A stretch of 64,000 nucleotides of DNA from Gemmatimonadales bacterium (GCA_044869265.1 JBIOXD010000008.1:7081-71080); one strand, 5' to 3'; counted from the first letter of the stretch, positions 1 to 11,500 are shown. Program-made: numbers and translations. The notes: generated by a model not told the origin, from the letters alone.

Positions 1-837
1 TTCAGCGTGTCCGCGGCGAACCGAGCCGGTATCTGGGGCACGGAGGCGACGCTCTTGCGCGCGATGATTTCCGCGCCGTTCTATGACACGTGGTGGTTCC
101 GCTTGCTCACGGCCGCGGTGTTGATTGGGCTCATCGTGGCCACCGTGCGAGATCGGGAGCGACGCGCGCGAGCGCGCCGCATCAGGCAGGAGGAGTTCTC
201 GCGCGCGCTGATCGCGAGCCAGGAGCACGAGCGCAAACGTCTTGCCGGCGAGCTGCACGATCAGCTCGGCCAAGATCTCCTGGTCGTCAAGAACCGGGCG
301 CTTGTCGCGCTCCAGGCGGACGGACTCGCCGGTCCGGCGCGAGCGCAACTGGAGCAGATCTCGGACGTGGCCGCGCAGGCGCTCGAGACCGTGCGCGGGA
401 TGGCGCATCATCTCACGCCGTATCAGCTCGATCACCTTGGCTTAACCGCGGCGCTGCGCTCGATGATCGAGGCCATCGCCGGTGCGACCACGATTACCGT
501 CGATGCGTCAGTGGACGACGTCGACAGTCGGCTCCCGCCCGATGCGGCGATCCACCTCTACCGCATCGTGCAGGAAGCGTTGACCAATGTCGTCAAGCAC
601 TCGGGGGGAAAGACGTCGTTGGTCCGGGTGCGCTGCGGCGTGGACGACATCTCGGTGTCGATCAGCGATGACGGCCGCGGCTTCTCGTCAGCGCCCGCCC
701 AAGGGTTCGGCCTGTCGGGGATCGTTGAGCGCACGCGCATTCTGGGAGGGCGGCTGGAGATTGCCAGCGCGCCCGGCCGCGGGACGCGGCTACACCTCGT
801 CCTCCCGACCAAGGGCGCGGGAACGCCATCCGCATGA
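1..837 (+). CDS. sensor histidine kinase, HisKA_3/HATPase_c type (5' partial, frame open to window edge)
   Basis: TM segment WWFRLLTAAVLIGLIVATV, then H-box EHERKRLAGELHDQLGQDL (HisKA_3 style) and ATPase boxes QEALTNVVKH, DDGRGF, GFGLSGIVER. The stop TGA overlaps the next ATG (ATGA at 834-837). The PFYDTWWF motif before the TM resembles the end of Y_Y_Y/propeller sensor kinases (from memory). Confidence 0.9.
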   Translation, partial: FSVSAANRAGIWGTEATLLRAMISAPFYDTWWFRLLTAAVLIGLIVATVRDRERRARARRIRQEEFSRALIASQEHERKRLAGELHDQLGQDLLVVKNRALVALQADGLAGPARAQLEQISDVAAQALETVRGMAHHLTPYQLDHLGLTAALRSMIEAIAGATTITVDASVDDVDSRLPPDAAIHLYRIVQEALTNVVKHSGGKTSLVRVRCGVDDISVSISDDGRGFSSAPAQGFGLSGIVERTRILGGRLEIASAPGRGTRLHLVLPTKGAGTPSA

Positions 838-1481
838 GCGACGCGATCACGGTCGTCATCGCCGACGATCATCCCATGTTCCGCCGCGGGCTCACGGATG
901 TGATCGCGGAGGACGCCTCGCTGCGAGTCGTCGGCGAAGCCGGGGACGGTGAGACGGCCCTCGCCTTGGTGCGGCGCCACCGCCCGCGCGTCGTGCTGCT
1001 CGACATCGACATGCCCAGGGCGAGCGGACTCACGGTGGCCGAGGCGGTACGGCAGGAGAAGCTGGGCGCGGCCGTGGTGATGCTCACCATGTACCGCGAG
1101 CCCGCGATGTTTCGCCGCGCGCTCGATCTTGGCGTTAAGGGTTACGTGCTGAAGGACGGTGCCGTGACCGACATCGTGGCCTGCATCCACATGGTGGCGT
1201 CTGGTCGCGCCTACATCAGTCCGGCGCTCTCCAGCGATCTGTTGCAGCGGCACGGCGAGCTGACGGTGGAGGGCGCGGCGCTTGCCGAGCTCACGCCGGT
1301 GCAGCGACAGGTGTTGAAGCTCATCGCGCAGGGGCTCACCACCCCCGCGATCGCGGAGTCGCTTGGGATCAGTCCCAAGACCGTGGAGAATCATCGCCTC
1401 AATATTTGCGAGCGGCTGGGACTGCACGGTCCGCAGGCCTTGCTGCGTTTCGCTCTCGAGCGCAAAGCGTTCCTGTCGTAG
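834..1481 (+). CDS. NarL/LuxR-family response regulator (REC + LuxR HTH)
   Basis: REC motifs (VVIADDHPMFRRGL, VLLDIDMP, KGYVLKD) and a C-terminal LuxR HTH (LTPVQRQVLKLIAQGLTTPAIAESLGISPKTVENHRLNI). ATGA coupling to the upstream kinase. Confidence 0.93.
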   Translation: MSDAITVVIADDHPMFRRGLTDVIAEDASLRVVGEAGDGETALALVRRHRPRVVLLDIDMPRASGLTVAEAVRQEKLGAAVVMLTMYREPAMFRRALDLGVKGYVLKDGAVTDIVACIHMVASGRAYISPALSSDLLQRHGELTVEGAALAELTPVQRQVLKLIAQGLTTPAIAESLGISPKTVENHRLNICERLGLHGPQALLRFALERKAFLS

Positions 1482-1551
1482 GGGCTTCCCCCCAGAAAAC
1501 GTAGGGGCTGCCTCCGATTCGCGGCCGTTCGCCGCGGCGTACATTCGCTGC

Positions 1552-1929
1552 ATGACGTCCGCGCCCGGACAGCGTGTAGTGCTCGTGGTCGAAGACAACG
1601 CCTCCATGCGGGCGCTGATTCGCGATGTGGTCAGCGAGGCCGGCTCGGCCGTGTACGAGTGTCAGGACGGCGAGACCGCGATTGGTCTCTACGACGAGCT
1701 CCATCCCGATTGGGTCTTGATGGACATCAGGATGGGCGGCATGGACGGCATCGCCGCGACGCGCGCGATTCGCCAAACGAACCCGGACGCGCGCGTGATC
1801 ATTGTGACCGATCACGGCGATCCCCAGTCGCGCGCCGCCGCGATGGCGGCTGGCGCATCCGGCTTCGTCCTGAAGCAGAACCTGCTCGAGCTGCCCGCGC
1901 TGCTGACCGGGACGAGAGGCGTGGGGTGA
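1552..1929 (+). CDS. single-domain CheY-like response regulator
   Basis: ATG at 1552 followed by VVLVVEDNASMR, LMDIRMGGMDG, IIVTDHGD, SGFVLKQ. There is no output domain. The upstream part of the 1363 ORF overlaps the previous gene and is not REC-like. Confidence 0.85.
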   Translation: MTSAPGQRVVLVVEDNASMRALIRDVVSEAGSAVYECQDGETAIGLYDELHPDWVLMDIRMGGMDGIAATRAIRQTNPDARVIIVTDHGDPQSRAAAMAAGASGFVLKQNLLELPALLTGTRGVG

Positions 1930-4457
1930 CGCGGCGCGACGTGCGGCGCGCCACATGGCTTTTGTGGGCGCTCGGCCTCCAGGCTGGCGTCGCGGGCCGG
2001 GCCGTGCCGCAAACGGCCGCGGTGCTGTTGCTGGCCGCGGGGGTGGCATCCCCCGCGCGCGCCCAGTCGCCCTGGGATGCCGTGCTCGACATCACGGCCT
2101 ATCCCTCGCCTTACCTGAGCGACTGGGAAGCGAATCCCACCATCGCCACGCTCACGATCACCAACCCGACCGCCGCGGATCAGAACGTCCTGCTTGTGTA
2201 TCGCGTGACCGATCAGGGCGGCCGCGTGGTGGCCTCGGGGCGCAGCGATCCGATGCTGATCGTGAGCGGCCCGCCGACCGTGATCACCGATTTCGTGAAC
2301 CTACCCGGCACGTCGCAGCACGATCAGGGCTTCGAAGACCAGATGCGCCGCACCGGCCGCCTGCCCGAAGGCGACCAGACGATCTGCGTCGCGGTGACCG
2401 ATCAGGGCGGGTTCGTGCTGGCCGAGGACTGCGTCACGTTCAGTGTGGTGTATCCCGATCCGCCGTATCTGATCGGGCCGATTGACGATCAGCTGCTGAC
2501 GTCCGGCAGTCCCGTATTCCAATGGACGCCACTCCAGGTGCCGCCCGCGTTCCAGCTCACCTACGTGCTGCGCATCAGCGAGGTGCTCGAGGGACAGGCG
2601 CCGGAGCACGCGCTCGTGGCCAACATCCCGCTGTTCGAGACTACGACCTTCGGCACGAACTTCGAATACTCGATCGGGGCGCCGCCGCTCGAGGACGGGA
2701 AGTCGTACGTCTGGCGCGTGCAGGCGCTGGATCAGAACGGCTACGCCGCGGCGGCCAACGAGGGGCGAAGCGAGATCTGGAATTTCCAGTTGGGCGACCC
2801 CGGAGGGGGCGGCCCCGTGGGTGGTGGCTTGGCTGTGACCCTCGAGGTGGATAACACCTTTTACGGCGACGATAGCGGAGAGGATGACGTCGTTGCCGCC
2901 AGTGATGCCGCGCTTCGTGATGTGCCTGCCGCGGAGGACGACACGGTCGCCTATCTCGCTCTGTGCAGCGAATCCAATTGGCGCGAAAGCCGCCCCGTTC
3001 GAATCAGGACCTTCAGTCCCGTGGGCTTTCCCCGGAGACTCGCGGCGCCGGCAAAGCTGTTTCGGTTCAAGGTGTCGGGGAGCGAGTCTCGGGTGTGGGC
3101 GTTGGTCGGAGATACGCAGAAGGGCAAGCGCGTGATGGCCTACGGCGATTGCGACGGCCTCGGCCTGCCGTTGCAACGTTGGGTGGGAATCCGGACGGTG
3201 GAAGGGTCTGCTGCCACCGCGTCTTTGATGGCGGGCAACCTGCCGCAGGGCGAAGTCGACTCGACGAATCCGGGACTCGAGTTCGGGATCGTCATCATCA
3301 CGCTCGAGAACACGACAGTCGCTGCCCCCGACGGGTTCGAGATCGTGCGGTCGTTCCTCGAAGGCCACGATATCGAGGCCAAGCCCGGGGTCACAACCTT
3401 CGGGGTGATGCAGTTAGCCCAGCGGCCGTTCTGGCAGGTGTTCGAGTTCTTCGGTTACGACCAGAAGGAAATCGAGCTCCAGGGCTTTGTCGGGCTCGGG
3501 AACAAGTTGAGTCTGGGCTTTGCCGGCAACTCAAAGGACGGAACCCGCGGAGGGGATGTGTCCGCGGAACTGGAGTTCGTGAACCTCAGGGCCGCCCTGC
3601 CGGAGCGCACGCCAATCCTGGCTCCGGTGCGGGCGTTGGTCAAATCGTCGCACATCGAGTTCGAGTTCGCCGTAACCGACACGGTGCGGAAAGTCTTCGG
3701 CGACAGCAGCGGCGCCCAACACCAGTTCCATCTGCTGTTCAACATCAAGCATCGCCTCCAGCTCAGTGACGACCTGGTCAGCGCGCTGAACATGAACGAA
3801 GGCGCGGAGTGGATCGGCACGCTGGGCTTGGACCTGAGCACCGAGCAGTTCAAGAAGGGCACCGCCGAGGCGAAGATCGTGATTCGGTACACGCTCGGCG
3901 CCACGTGGTCTCTCGGCAGCAGCAAGTTCGTGGTGGGAAACCCCGAGTTGGAAGTCGGCGTGCTGGTCGGCGGTGCCAACAGGGGGGACGTGATGTTCAC
4001 CCTCAGCGCGACGGCGGGTTGGGGTGAGGAGGCGGGGCTCGGCAAGATTGCCGTCACGCTAGCGCGTAGCGAAGCCTCGCTGCGCGCGCAGGCGCACCCC
4101 GCTTACCTGGCGCGCGGCCATGCAAACGTGCAGCGGTGGCAGGAACGTCTGGACTTCACACGAGAGGAGCTGGTTCGAGCGACGACTGCGGCTGATTCCA
4201 CCAAGCTGCAAGGGTACATAGCCCAGTACGAAGGGTGGATCGCCGAGGAGCAGGAACAGATCAAGAGCTTCGAGAGCCTGAACACCACGCGCAGGCTTCG
4301 CGAGCAACAACAGGCGGCCAATCCGGAGCCGCATTGCGGCAAGCTCAAGGGCTGGTACTGCGGATTCCGGGCGTCGTTCGGCAACGCCAGCGCCGTCGAT
4401 ATCCTCGCGCTGCTGCGTGAGATCGTGTTCACCATCGCAACCAGGCTGACGCCATGA
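1926..4457 (+). CDS. exported hypothetical protein (about 843 aa), no family recognised
   Basis: GTG at 1926 overlaps the CheY stop (GTGA). Signal-peptide-like N-terminus WLLWALGLQ...LLLAAGVASPARAQS. Two N-terminal beta-sandwich-like modules (e.g. PVFQWTP...YVWRVQALDQNG...SEIWNF), a Gly-rich linker, then a beta-rich region and a coiled-coil tail. High GC3 throughout. Confidence 0.7.
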   Translation: MTRRDVRRATWLLWALGLQAGVAGRAVPQTAAVLLLAAGVASPARAQSPWDAVLDITAYPSPYLSDWEANPTIATLTITNPTAADQNVLLVYRVTDQGGRVVASGRSDPMLIVSGPPTVITDFVNLPGTSQHDQGFEDQMRRTGRLPEGDQTICVAVTDQGGFVLAEDCVTFSVVYPDPPYLIGPIDDQLLTSGSPVFQWTPLQVPPAFQLTYVLRISEVLEGQAPEHALVANIPLFETTTFGTNFEYSIGAPPLEDGKSYVWRVQALDQNGYAAAANEGRSEIWNFQLGDPGGGGPVGGGLAVTLEVDNTFYGDDSGEDDVVAASDAALRDVPAAEDDTVAYLALCSESNWRESRPVRIRTFSPVGFPRRLAAPAKLFRFKVSGSESRVWALVGDTQKGKRVMAYGDCDGLGLPLQRWVGIRTVEGSAATASLMAGNLPQGEVDSTNPGLEFGIVIITLENTTVAAPDGFEIVRSFLEGHDIEAKPGVTTFGVMQLAQRPFWQVFEFFGYDQKEIELQGFVGLGNKLSLGFAGNSKDGTRGGDVSAELEFVNLRAALPERTPILAPVRALVKSSHIEFEFAVTDTVRKVFGDSSGAQHQFHLLFNIKHRLQLSDDLVSALNMNEGAEWIGTLGLDLSTEQFKKGTAEAKIVIRYTLGATWSLGSSKFVVGNPELEVGVLVGGANRGDVMFTLSATAGWGEEAGLGKIAVTLARSEASLRAQAHPAYLARGHANVQRWQERLDFTREELVRATTAADSTKLQGYIAQYEGWIAEEQEQIKSFESLNTTRRLREQQQAANPEPHCGKLKGWYCGFRASFGNASAVDILALLREIVFTIATRLTP

Positions 4458-6826
4458 TGCGCCCCGTCGCGCTGCTGCTCGTCATCGCACTCGCCGCGCC
4501 GGCGCCGGCCGCTGCCCAGGGCGGGGCGGCGGACTTCGACTTCTCGAGCATCAATCTTCCTCCCGGTTTTCTGGACCTATCCGATCTTCACATCGCCAGC
4601 TCGCCCCAGGGCGGAATCGTGGGGCTCGCCCGGACCACGCTCGCGGGTGCCGAAGCCGACCTGCTGCTCGCCGTCAGCCCTGGTGCGAACGGCCGGCGCA
4701 GCTACACGCTGGCCCTGCGCCCCAACGATTGGTCGTTGACCAAGGCCATTCCGGCGCTCGCCAACCCGGTCCTCGACAACCTCACGCTGTCGAACGTCAC
4801 CTTGGTGATCACCGACCAGGAGACCCGCACGTCGTCCATGGACCTTTCAGACGACCTGTATGCCTTCTACCGCGAGGTCTACAACGCCGACGACTTCACG
4901 CTCGTCCTGAAGCCCGGCGTCAACCTGATCGCCGCGATTCCGGCGGAGGGTCTTGAGCCGGGTCACCCCCTGGTCGCGGTCATGGACGCGCTCGGGATCG
5001 AGAAGGGCACCATTCTCATCCAAGGCGCTTTGGGCAAGAGCCTGACCACGCTGACCGGCGGCGCCAGCCTCGACGCCATCAAGGACCTGTACCTCCGGGC
5101 CGAGCTGCCCCCGATGCGGCCGCCCGGCTCCCCGGAGTGGTTCCGCTCCGGCCAGCTGGCGCTCGAACTCACGGGGGAGCCGTCGGTCCGGCTGGTGGGT
5201 GAGCTGAACGTTTTCATCGACGAGACAGACCTCAAGTTCTTCCTCGCGGCCATGCTGGCGCGCACGGGGATCTCGCTGTCCGGCGGCATGGTCGCGGAGC
5301 AGCCGTGGGTCTCTCCGCTCGGCGTCGAATGGCTCACTCTCAAGAAGGTGATTCTCAAGCTCGGCATCACGCCCACCGGCAGCGTGGCGCTCGGCTTCGC
5401 GGGCGCGGCCGTGATCGGCGAGAAGGACATCGACGTAGCCGTCGCGCTGGCCGTCAGTCCCGCCGGCGTGCCCACGAACTTCATGATGAAGGGGGAGAGC
5501 GAAGCCGGCGTCGCGCTGTCGGACCTGGCCAGGGTGCAGGCCGCGATGGCGGCGGCGCGCGAAGCCGCGGCGGGCGCCACGAACATCCCCGCCGGGGGCA
5601 CGCTCATCCCGATCGACGCGCTGCCCGACATCCAGATCCGCACCCTCGGGCTCCAGTTCGCTCCCAAGCCCGACCTCGAGCTCGGCATCGAGCGCGGCTT
5701 CAAGATCAAAGGTCAGCTCTGGCTCCCTACCGGACCCGGCGGCGAGATGAAGAACTTCGCCGGCGTGGACGCGGGCGTCACTGACGAAGGCCTGTGGATC
5801 AACGGACACCTGGGCGCGTTCCAAGTCGGTCCGCTCACCTGGGACGATGCTGTGCTCGATCTCGCTGCCACACGGCAGGAGCAGCACATGATCGTGAAGG
5901 GCCAGGTGCAGCTCGGCACGACGCGGCAGCTCGTGGACCTGAGCATCACGCGCGACGCCCTGCGCTTCCGCAGCGAGACGGAGCTGTTCAGCCTGTTCCA
6001 CGCCACCCTGTCGGCCCAGGCCGCGTTTCAGTTGACCAACCCCGTGTTCGCCGTGGACGGCGTTGTGAGCAACGACTTCGGCGAGTTCGTGCAGCCGATC
6101 CTGCGCGAGGGCATCGTGCGGTTCGCGTCCACCGGCCAGGGGATCATCGACGCGACACAAACCGCGCTCGGCGTCACGCGCGACGCACTCGCGGTGAGCG
6201 CCGCGTCGGCGGCGCAGCTGCGGGCCGCGCTCCAGAGCCTGCGCGACAACGCGGAGGGCGACTGGCGCAACGCGCAGAACCGCGCCAACGCGCGCCGGGC
6301 CGAGGCCGACGCCGCGTGGCGCGACCGCGAGAACGCGCGGCGCTCGTGGGAAAGCACGCCGCGCCGCGAGGCCGCCCGCCGCGCCGCCCGCTACGCGGAG
6401 TACGTGCGTCTGTCCGGCGTGCACGCCGCGCGCGCCAGCGCCTACGCCGCCCAGCAGACCGCCGCCAACGCGCGGCGCGCGATCCTCGACGCCATCCCGC
6501 CGCCCGACCAGAGCGTGGTGCTGCTCGCGGCCGAGGCTGCCGTGGCCCGCTTGCGCGCGCAGCTCCAGGAGGCCGAGCGCAACCTCGCCGTGCTGGAGAC
6601 GCGCTACACGCAGATGATCGCCGCGATCGAAGCCGGTGCCGATCCGCTGGCCATCGAGTACGCGGAGTTCCACGCCGACCTCGCGGTGGTGCAGGGCGGC
6701 GGAGCGATGAGCTGGGTGCTGCGCGGCCGGTTCGTGGGCCAGCCGTTCGAGCTGCGGCGCCAGCTCGACTTCCGCAGCCCCGCGCAGGCCGTGGCTGAGA
6801 TTCTCACCGGACTCATGCGCGGATGA
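4454..6826 (+). CDS. exported hypothetical protein (790 aa) with Ala/Arg-rich coiled-coil C-terminal region
   Basis: ATGA overlap with the upstream gene. Signal peptide MMRPVALLLVIALAAPAPAAAQG. The C-terminal ~170 aa are heptad-like and Ala/Arg-rich (RNAQNRANARRAEADAAWRDRENARR...). No family recognised. Confidence 0.75.
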   Translation: MMRPVALLLVIALAAPAPAAAQGGAADFDFSSINLPPGFLDLSDLHIASSPQGGIVGLARTTLAGAEADLLLAVSPGANGRRSYTLALRPNDWSLTKAIPALANPVLDNLTLSNVTLVITDQETRTSSMDLSDDLYAFYREVYNADDFTLVLKPGVNLIAAIPAEGLEPGHPLVAVMDALGIEKGTILIQGALGKSLTTLTGGASLDAIKDLYLRAELPPMRPPGSPEWFRSGQLALELTGEPSVRLVGELNVFIDETDLKFFLAAMLARTGISLSGGMVAEQPWVSPLGVEWLTLKKVILKLGITPTGSVALGFAGAAVIGEKDIDVAVALAVSPAGVPTNFMMKGESEAGVALSDLARVQAAMAAAREAAAGATNIPAGGTLIPIDALPDIQIRTLGLQFAPKPDLELGIERGFKIKGQLWLPTGPGGEMKNFAGVDAGVTDEGLWINGHLGAFQVGPLTWDDAVLDLAATRQEQHMIVKGQVQLGTTRQLVDLSITRDALRFRSETELFSLFHATLSAQAAFQLTNPVFAVDGVVSNDFGEFVQPILREGIVRFASTGQGIIDATQTALGVTRDALAVSAASAAQLRAALQSLRDNAEGDWRNAQNRANARRAEADAAWRDRENARRSWESTPRREAARRAARYAEYVRLSGVHAARASAYAAQQTAANARRAILDAIPPPDQSVVLLAAEAAVARLRAQLQEAERNLAVLETRYTQMIAAIEAGADPLAIEYAEFHADLAVVQGGGAMSWVLRGRFVGQPFELRRQLDFRSPAQAVAEILTGLMRG

Positions 6827-8580
6827 AACCGATCCTCGTCGCGGCGCTCGCCGCCCTGCTTGTGCCGCCGCTCTCGGCGCAGGTGTCGCCGCTGCCGCCC
6901 CCCCCCGTCGGCGCGCCCGTCATCCAGTTCAGCGGCGAACTGGGGTCCATGGGCGAGTTGTACAGCCGCAAAGGCGCGCCGGGCCGGCGGCCCGGTGGCA
7001 CTGGCCGCGCCTATTTCAACGGCAGCGCGGTGCTGTTCGGGTCGATCACGATGGGCGTGGACCTGCTGGTCAGCACCGAGGACGGCACCGACTACTCGGC
7101 CGGCTACGGCTCGATCCCGGGCCGCCAGCAGATCCGCCAGTTCGGTCTTCACCCACAGTGGAACTGGGGCCGCGCGCATGTCGGCGCGTTCAACTCCAGC
7201 TACACGTCGCTGACCTACAACGCCGTCCAGCTGACGGGCGCAGCCTTCGATCTCGAGCCGGGACGGTTCCGCGTAGGAGCGTTCGGCGGCCGGGCTGCCC
7301 GCACGGTGCCCGGGGGTGCCTCCACGGGGAGCTTCCGGCGCACCATCGCTGGTGGGCGCCTGGGCATCGGTCGCCAGTCGCAGGGCCGGCCCGCCACGTT
7401 CCTCGATCTGATGGTGGTGCGGGCGTGGGACAATCCCAACTCGCTGCCGGTGGACACCACCCTCCCACCCAACGCGCCGACGGCGGGCGGACCAGCGCCC
7501 GTGAACCCATACGCCGTGACGCCGGAGGAGAACCTGGTGGTTGGCGCGGCCGGTGGCCTGTCCTTCTTGGAAGGTCGCCTGGCGTGGCGAGCGGAAGTCG
7601 CCGGCGCCGTCCACACCCGCGATCGCCGCGCGAGTGAGCTCGATCCGGATCAGGTTGATGTCCCCGGCATCCTGCGCGGCGTAATCACACCGCGCGTCGG
7701 CACGCACGGGGACTACGCGTATTCGACGGAGCTTCAGGTGCGCGTGGCGCAGCTGCCCGGCGCCACTCCGCAGGGACCGCGCTCGCTCACGGCGTCGCTC
7801 GGGTATCGCTACGCCGGTCCGGGCTACACCTCGCTGGGCGTGGCCTCACTCGGGAACGATTACCGCGTGCTCGAGGGCAGGGCCAACGTCCGATTCAGCC
7901 GCTGGTCGGCTCAGCTCCAGGCGGCGCGCCAGAACGACAACCTCCTGGGGCAGAAGCTTCACACCACCACGCGCCACCGCGCGGCCGGAACGCTCTCGCT
8001 GCGCGTGTCGCGCGCCTGGAACGCCACGTTGCGGGCCAATGTGCTCGCGATGGGCAACGGCAGCAGCGACACGCTGCAATGGATGGACTACACGGCGTGG
8101 TCGGTGGGCACCGGGCACGCGTTCTCGTTTGGGCCGCGCCGCCGCATCGAATCGCTGTCGCTCGACTACAACTACCAGGACGCCGCGGATGCCAATCCCC
8201 GACGGACGAGCACCAGCTTCACGGCCCACTCGGCCAACGCCCGGCTCACGGTGCGACTCAGCCCGGTCCTGCAGGTGACCCCGGGCGTAGGCCTCACTCG
8301 CTCGCGCAGCGACACCGCGGCGTGGGTGTCCCGAGCGACCTACGGCGCTGCGGCGGCGTGGCGGCTGCGTGGCGGGCGCATGACCGCGACCGGATCGTTG
8401 CACCGTAGCAAGTACGGCCTTCGCAACACGTGGACCGGGACCGTCGCCTCGCGGGTCGGGGTGACCTCGCGGGATGACCTCGTACTCCAGGTTCAAGTAA
8501 ACCGTTTTCGCGACACAGCCACGCCGTCGAACTGGTACAACGAGCAGGTGCTGAGCCTGAGATGGGCGCGTCGCTTCTGA
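6823..8580 (+). CDS. putative outer-membrane beta-barrel protein (585 aa)
   Basis: ATGA overlap with the upstream gene. Signal peptide MKPILVAALAALLVPPLSAQ. Many alternating amphipathic strands (TLSLRVSRAWNATLRANV, ARLTVRLSPVLQVTPGV). The C-terminus ...LSLRWARRF ends in Phe, as OMP beta-signals do. Confidence 0.7.
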   Translation: MKPILVAALAALLVPPLSAQVSPLPPPPVGAPVIQFSGELGSMGELYSRKGAPGRRPGGTGRAYFNGSAVLFGSITMGVDLLVSTEDGTDYSAGYGSIPGRQQIRQFGLHPQWNWGRAHVGAFNSSYTSLTYNAVQLTGAAFDLEPGRFRVGAFGGRAARTVPGGASTGSFRRTIAGGRLGIGRQSQGRPATFLDLMVVRAWDNPNSLPVDTTLPPNAPTAGGPAPVNPYAVTPEENLVVGAAGGLSFLEGRLAWRAEVAGAVHTRDRRASELDPDQVDVPGILRGVITPRVGTHGDYAYSTELQVRVAQLPGATPQGPRSLTASLGYRYAGPGYTSLGVASLGNDYRVLEGRANVRFSRWSAQLQAARQNDNLLGQKLHTTTRHRAAGTLSLRVSRAWNATLRANVLAMGNGSSDTLQWMDYTAWSVGTGHAFSFGPRRRIESLSLDYNYQDAADANPRRTSTSFTAHSANARLTVRLSPVLQVTPGVGLTRSRSDTAAWVSRATYGAAAAWRLRGGRMTATGSLHRSKYGLRNTWTGTVASRVGVTSRDDLVLQVQVNRFRDTATPSNWYNEQVLSLRWARRF

Positions 8581-8586
8581 TCGGCT

Positions 8587-11500
8587 ATGGTCGCTAGGAC
8601 GGGTCGCGCTGCCCGGCGCTCCTTGGTGGCCGTCGTCCTCCTCGTCTCGTGCGTGGACGGGCCGGCGGCTCCCGGCCACTTCGGCGAGCTGCGCTTCCGG
8701 CCGACCTACGTCACGGGCGACGAGCCGTCATCGCTCGGCGTCGCAATCGACAGTGCGGTCGTGCGTGTCACCCGTCCGGCTGAGCCGGGCGCGGCGATGA
8801 TCGACACGACCGTGGCGTATCGGACCGATACTGCATCGTTCGCCTGGATTCTCGAGCTGCAGGCGGAGAGTGAGTCGCTGCGCGTCGACGTCTCCGTGTG
8901 GAGCGGCGGGAAGCGGTTCTACGATGGTGGCGAGAAACTACTGGTTTCGGATGGCGCGCCAGCGGCTGCCGTCACCGAGCCGGTTGACGTCGTGTATGTC
9001 GGCCCTCCGATCGTTGCGACCGTGACCGTCAGTCCTACGAGCGTAGCGCTGGAGGCGATTGGCGCCACTCACGGCTTTGCGGCCGAGGCGCGCGGCCGGG
9101 ATGGCGCAGTGATTCCCGATGCCGCGATCGCGTGGGCCAGCGATAACGAAGCCGTCGTGCGTGTTGATCCGAGCAGCGGCGTCGTTACGGCAATAGCAAA
9201 CGGCACCGCCATGGTGTCGGCATCCTCCGGCAACAGCCGGGGCGATGCGGCCGTTGTTGTGCGGCAGCGCGTCACCGAGATCGCCGTCAATCCCCCGGCG
9301 ATCACGCTCACCGCGCTGGGCGCGACGCTGACTCTCGCCGGCGAGGCGCGGGATGCGAACGGGCACGCGGTCCTCGGTGCCGAGTTGTCCTGGGCGAGCG
9401 ATGCGCCGCATGTAGCAAGCGTCGATCCCACCACGGGCCGCGTGACGGCCATGGCCGGTGGGAGCGCAACCATCACGGCGACGAGCGCCGGTGTGACGGG
9501 CACCGCGGTAGTGACCGTGAATCCGATCGCCGACGTGGCGACGATCGACGTTTCGCCTCCCGTCGCCACGCTCACGGCCAGGGACGCCACGCACCAATAC
9601 ACGGCTGTAGCGCGAGATGCCGGCGGCAACGTGCTCGAGGGTGTGCAGTTCACGTGGGCCAGTAGCGTGGTGGACGTCGCGACGATCGATGCGGCGAGCG
9701 GCCTGGCCCGCGCAGTCGGACACGGTGCCACGACCGTGACCGCTTCGGCCGGCGCCGTAGTCGGCACCGCGTCACTCACCGTGGACTTGAGCTCGACGAT
9801 CGTCGCTGTCCACGTGTCGCCCGCGACGGCCGAGCTCGAGACCCGAGGCGCGACGCAGCAGTTCACCGCCGTCGCGCGGGATGCGGGCGGCAACATCGTG
9901 CCGGTGGCGGCGTTCGATTGGACCAGCTCTCAGCCGACCGTCGCCACGGTGGACGGAACCGGTCTCGCGACGGCCGTGGGGCACGGCACGACGGCGATTC
10001 GGGCGACGATTGCAGGCGTGACGGGCGAGGCGAGTCTCACGGTCGATCTGACCGTGACGGTGACGACAGTTCATGTGAGCCCGGGTGCGGCGACGCTGTC
10101 CAGTCTCGGCGCGACGCAGCAGTTCACCGCCGAGGCGCGTGATGCCGGCGGGCAAGTGGTGCTCGGCGTGCCGTTCGTGTGGAGCAGCTCGGCGCCCGCG
10201 GTGGCCACGATTGATCCCATTGGTCTCGCGACGGCAACCGGTCACGGCGTCACGACCATCACGGCGACGACCGGGACGGTCACTGGGAGCGCGTCACTCA
10301 CGGTCGATCTCGAACCCGTCGTCGCGACAGTGGTGGTGTCGCCGGCCGGGGCGACGCTGACCGCGGTTGACGCCACGCAGTTGTTCACCGCCGTGGCTCG
10401 AGACGGGCAGGGGACGGTGTTGCCCGGTGTCCTGTTTACTTGGACGAGCTCGGTGCCGACCGTCGCCACGATCGATGCTGACGGGCTCGCATCCGCGGTG
10501 CGGCACGGGATCACGATCATCACGGCGACGGCGGGTTCAACGGCCGGGACGGCCTCGCTCACGGTCGATCTCGGGGAGACGATCGCGACCGTGCTCGTGT
10601 CGCCCGCGACGGCCGAGCTCGAGACCCGAGGCGCGACGCAGCAGTTCGTCGCGGAAGCCCGGAACGCGAGCGGCACCATCGTGCCGGTAGCCGCGTTCGA
10701 TTGGACCAGCACGCAGCCGACCGTCGCGAGCGTGGACGGGACCGGTCTCGCGACGGCCGCGGGGCACGGCACGACGGCCATTCGGGCGACAGTCGCTGGC
10801 GTGACGGGCGAGGCGACTCTCACGGTCGATCTGACCGTGACGGTGGCGACGGTCCATGTGAGCCCCGGTGCGGCGACGCTGTCCAGTCTCGGCGCGACGC
10901 AACAGTTCACGGCCGAGGCGCGGGATGCCGGCGGTCAAGTGGTGCTTGGCGTGCCGTTCGTGTGGATCAGCTCGGCGCCCGCGGTCGGGCACATTGATCC
11001 TGCCACGGCCCTTGCCACCGCTAAGGGTCACGGAGTCACGACCATCACAGCGACGACCGGGACGGTCACTGGGAGCGCGTCACTCACCGTCGATCTCGGA
11101 TCCGTCGTAGCGACAGTGGTGGTGTCGCCGGCCGCAGCTACCCTGACCGCGGTCGACGCCACGCAGCTCTTCACCGCAGTCGCTCGAGACGCGCAAGGGA
11201 CCGTGTTGCCCGGGGTCCCGTTCACCTGGACGAGCTCGGTGCCGGCCGTCGCCACGATCGCGACGGACGGGCTCGCATCCGCGGTGCGGCACGGGACCAC
11301 GGTCATCACGGCGACGGCGGGTTCAAAAGCCGGTACGGCCACGCTCACGGTCGATTTCGGGGAGTCGATCGCGGCCGTGCACGTGACGCCCGCGACGGCG
11401 GAGCTCGCGTCCCTGGGCGCAACGCAACAGTTCGTCGCGGAAGCTCGGGACGCGAGTGGCAACATTGTGCCGGTGGCGGCGTTCGATTGGACCAGCTCTC

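Noticed and set aside
1659-1925. Upstream 89 codons of the 932-aa ORF overlapping the CheY-like gene
   Set aside because: The region is Arg-rich and off-frame to a well-supported REC domain. The GTG at 1926 gives a signal peptide and a GTGA coupling.
2301-6673. Long minus-strand ORFs 2301-3368 (355 aa) and 4847-6673 (608 aa)
   Set aside because: They are antisense to the two exported-protein genes. Their composition is dominated by Arg/Gly/Asp/His typical of reverse-frame GC-rich translation, and they have no start context or motifs.
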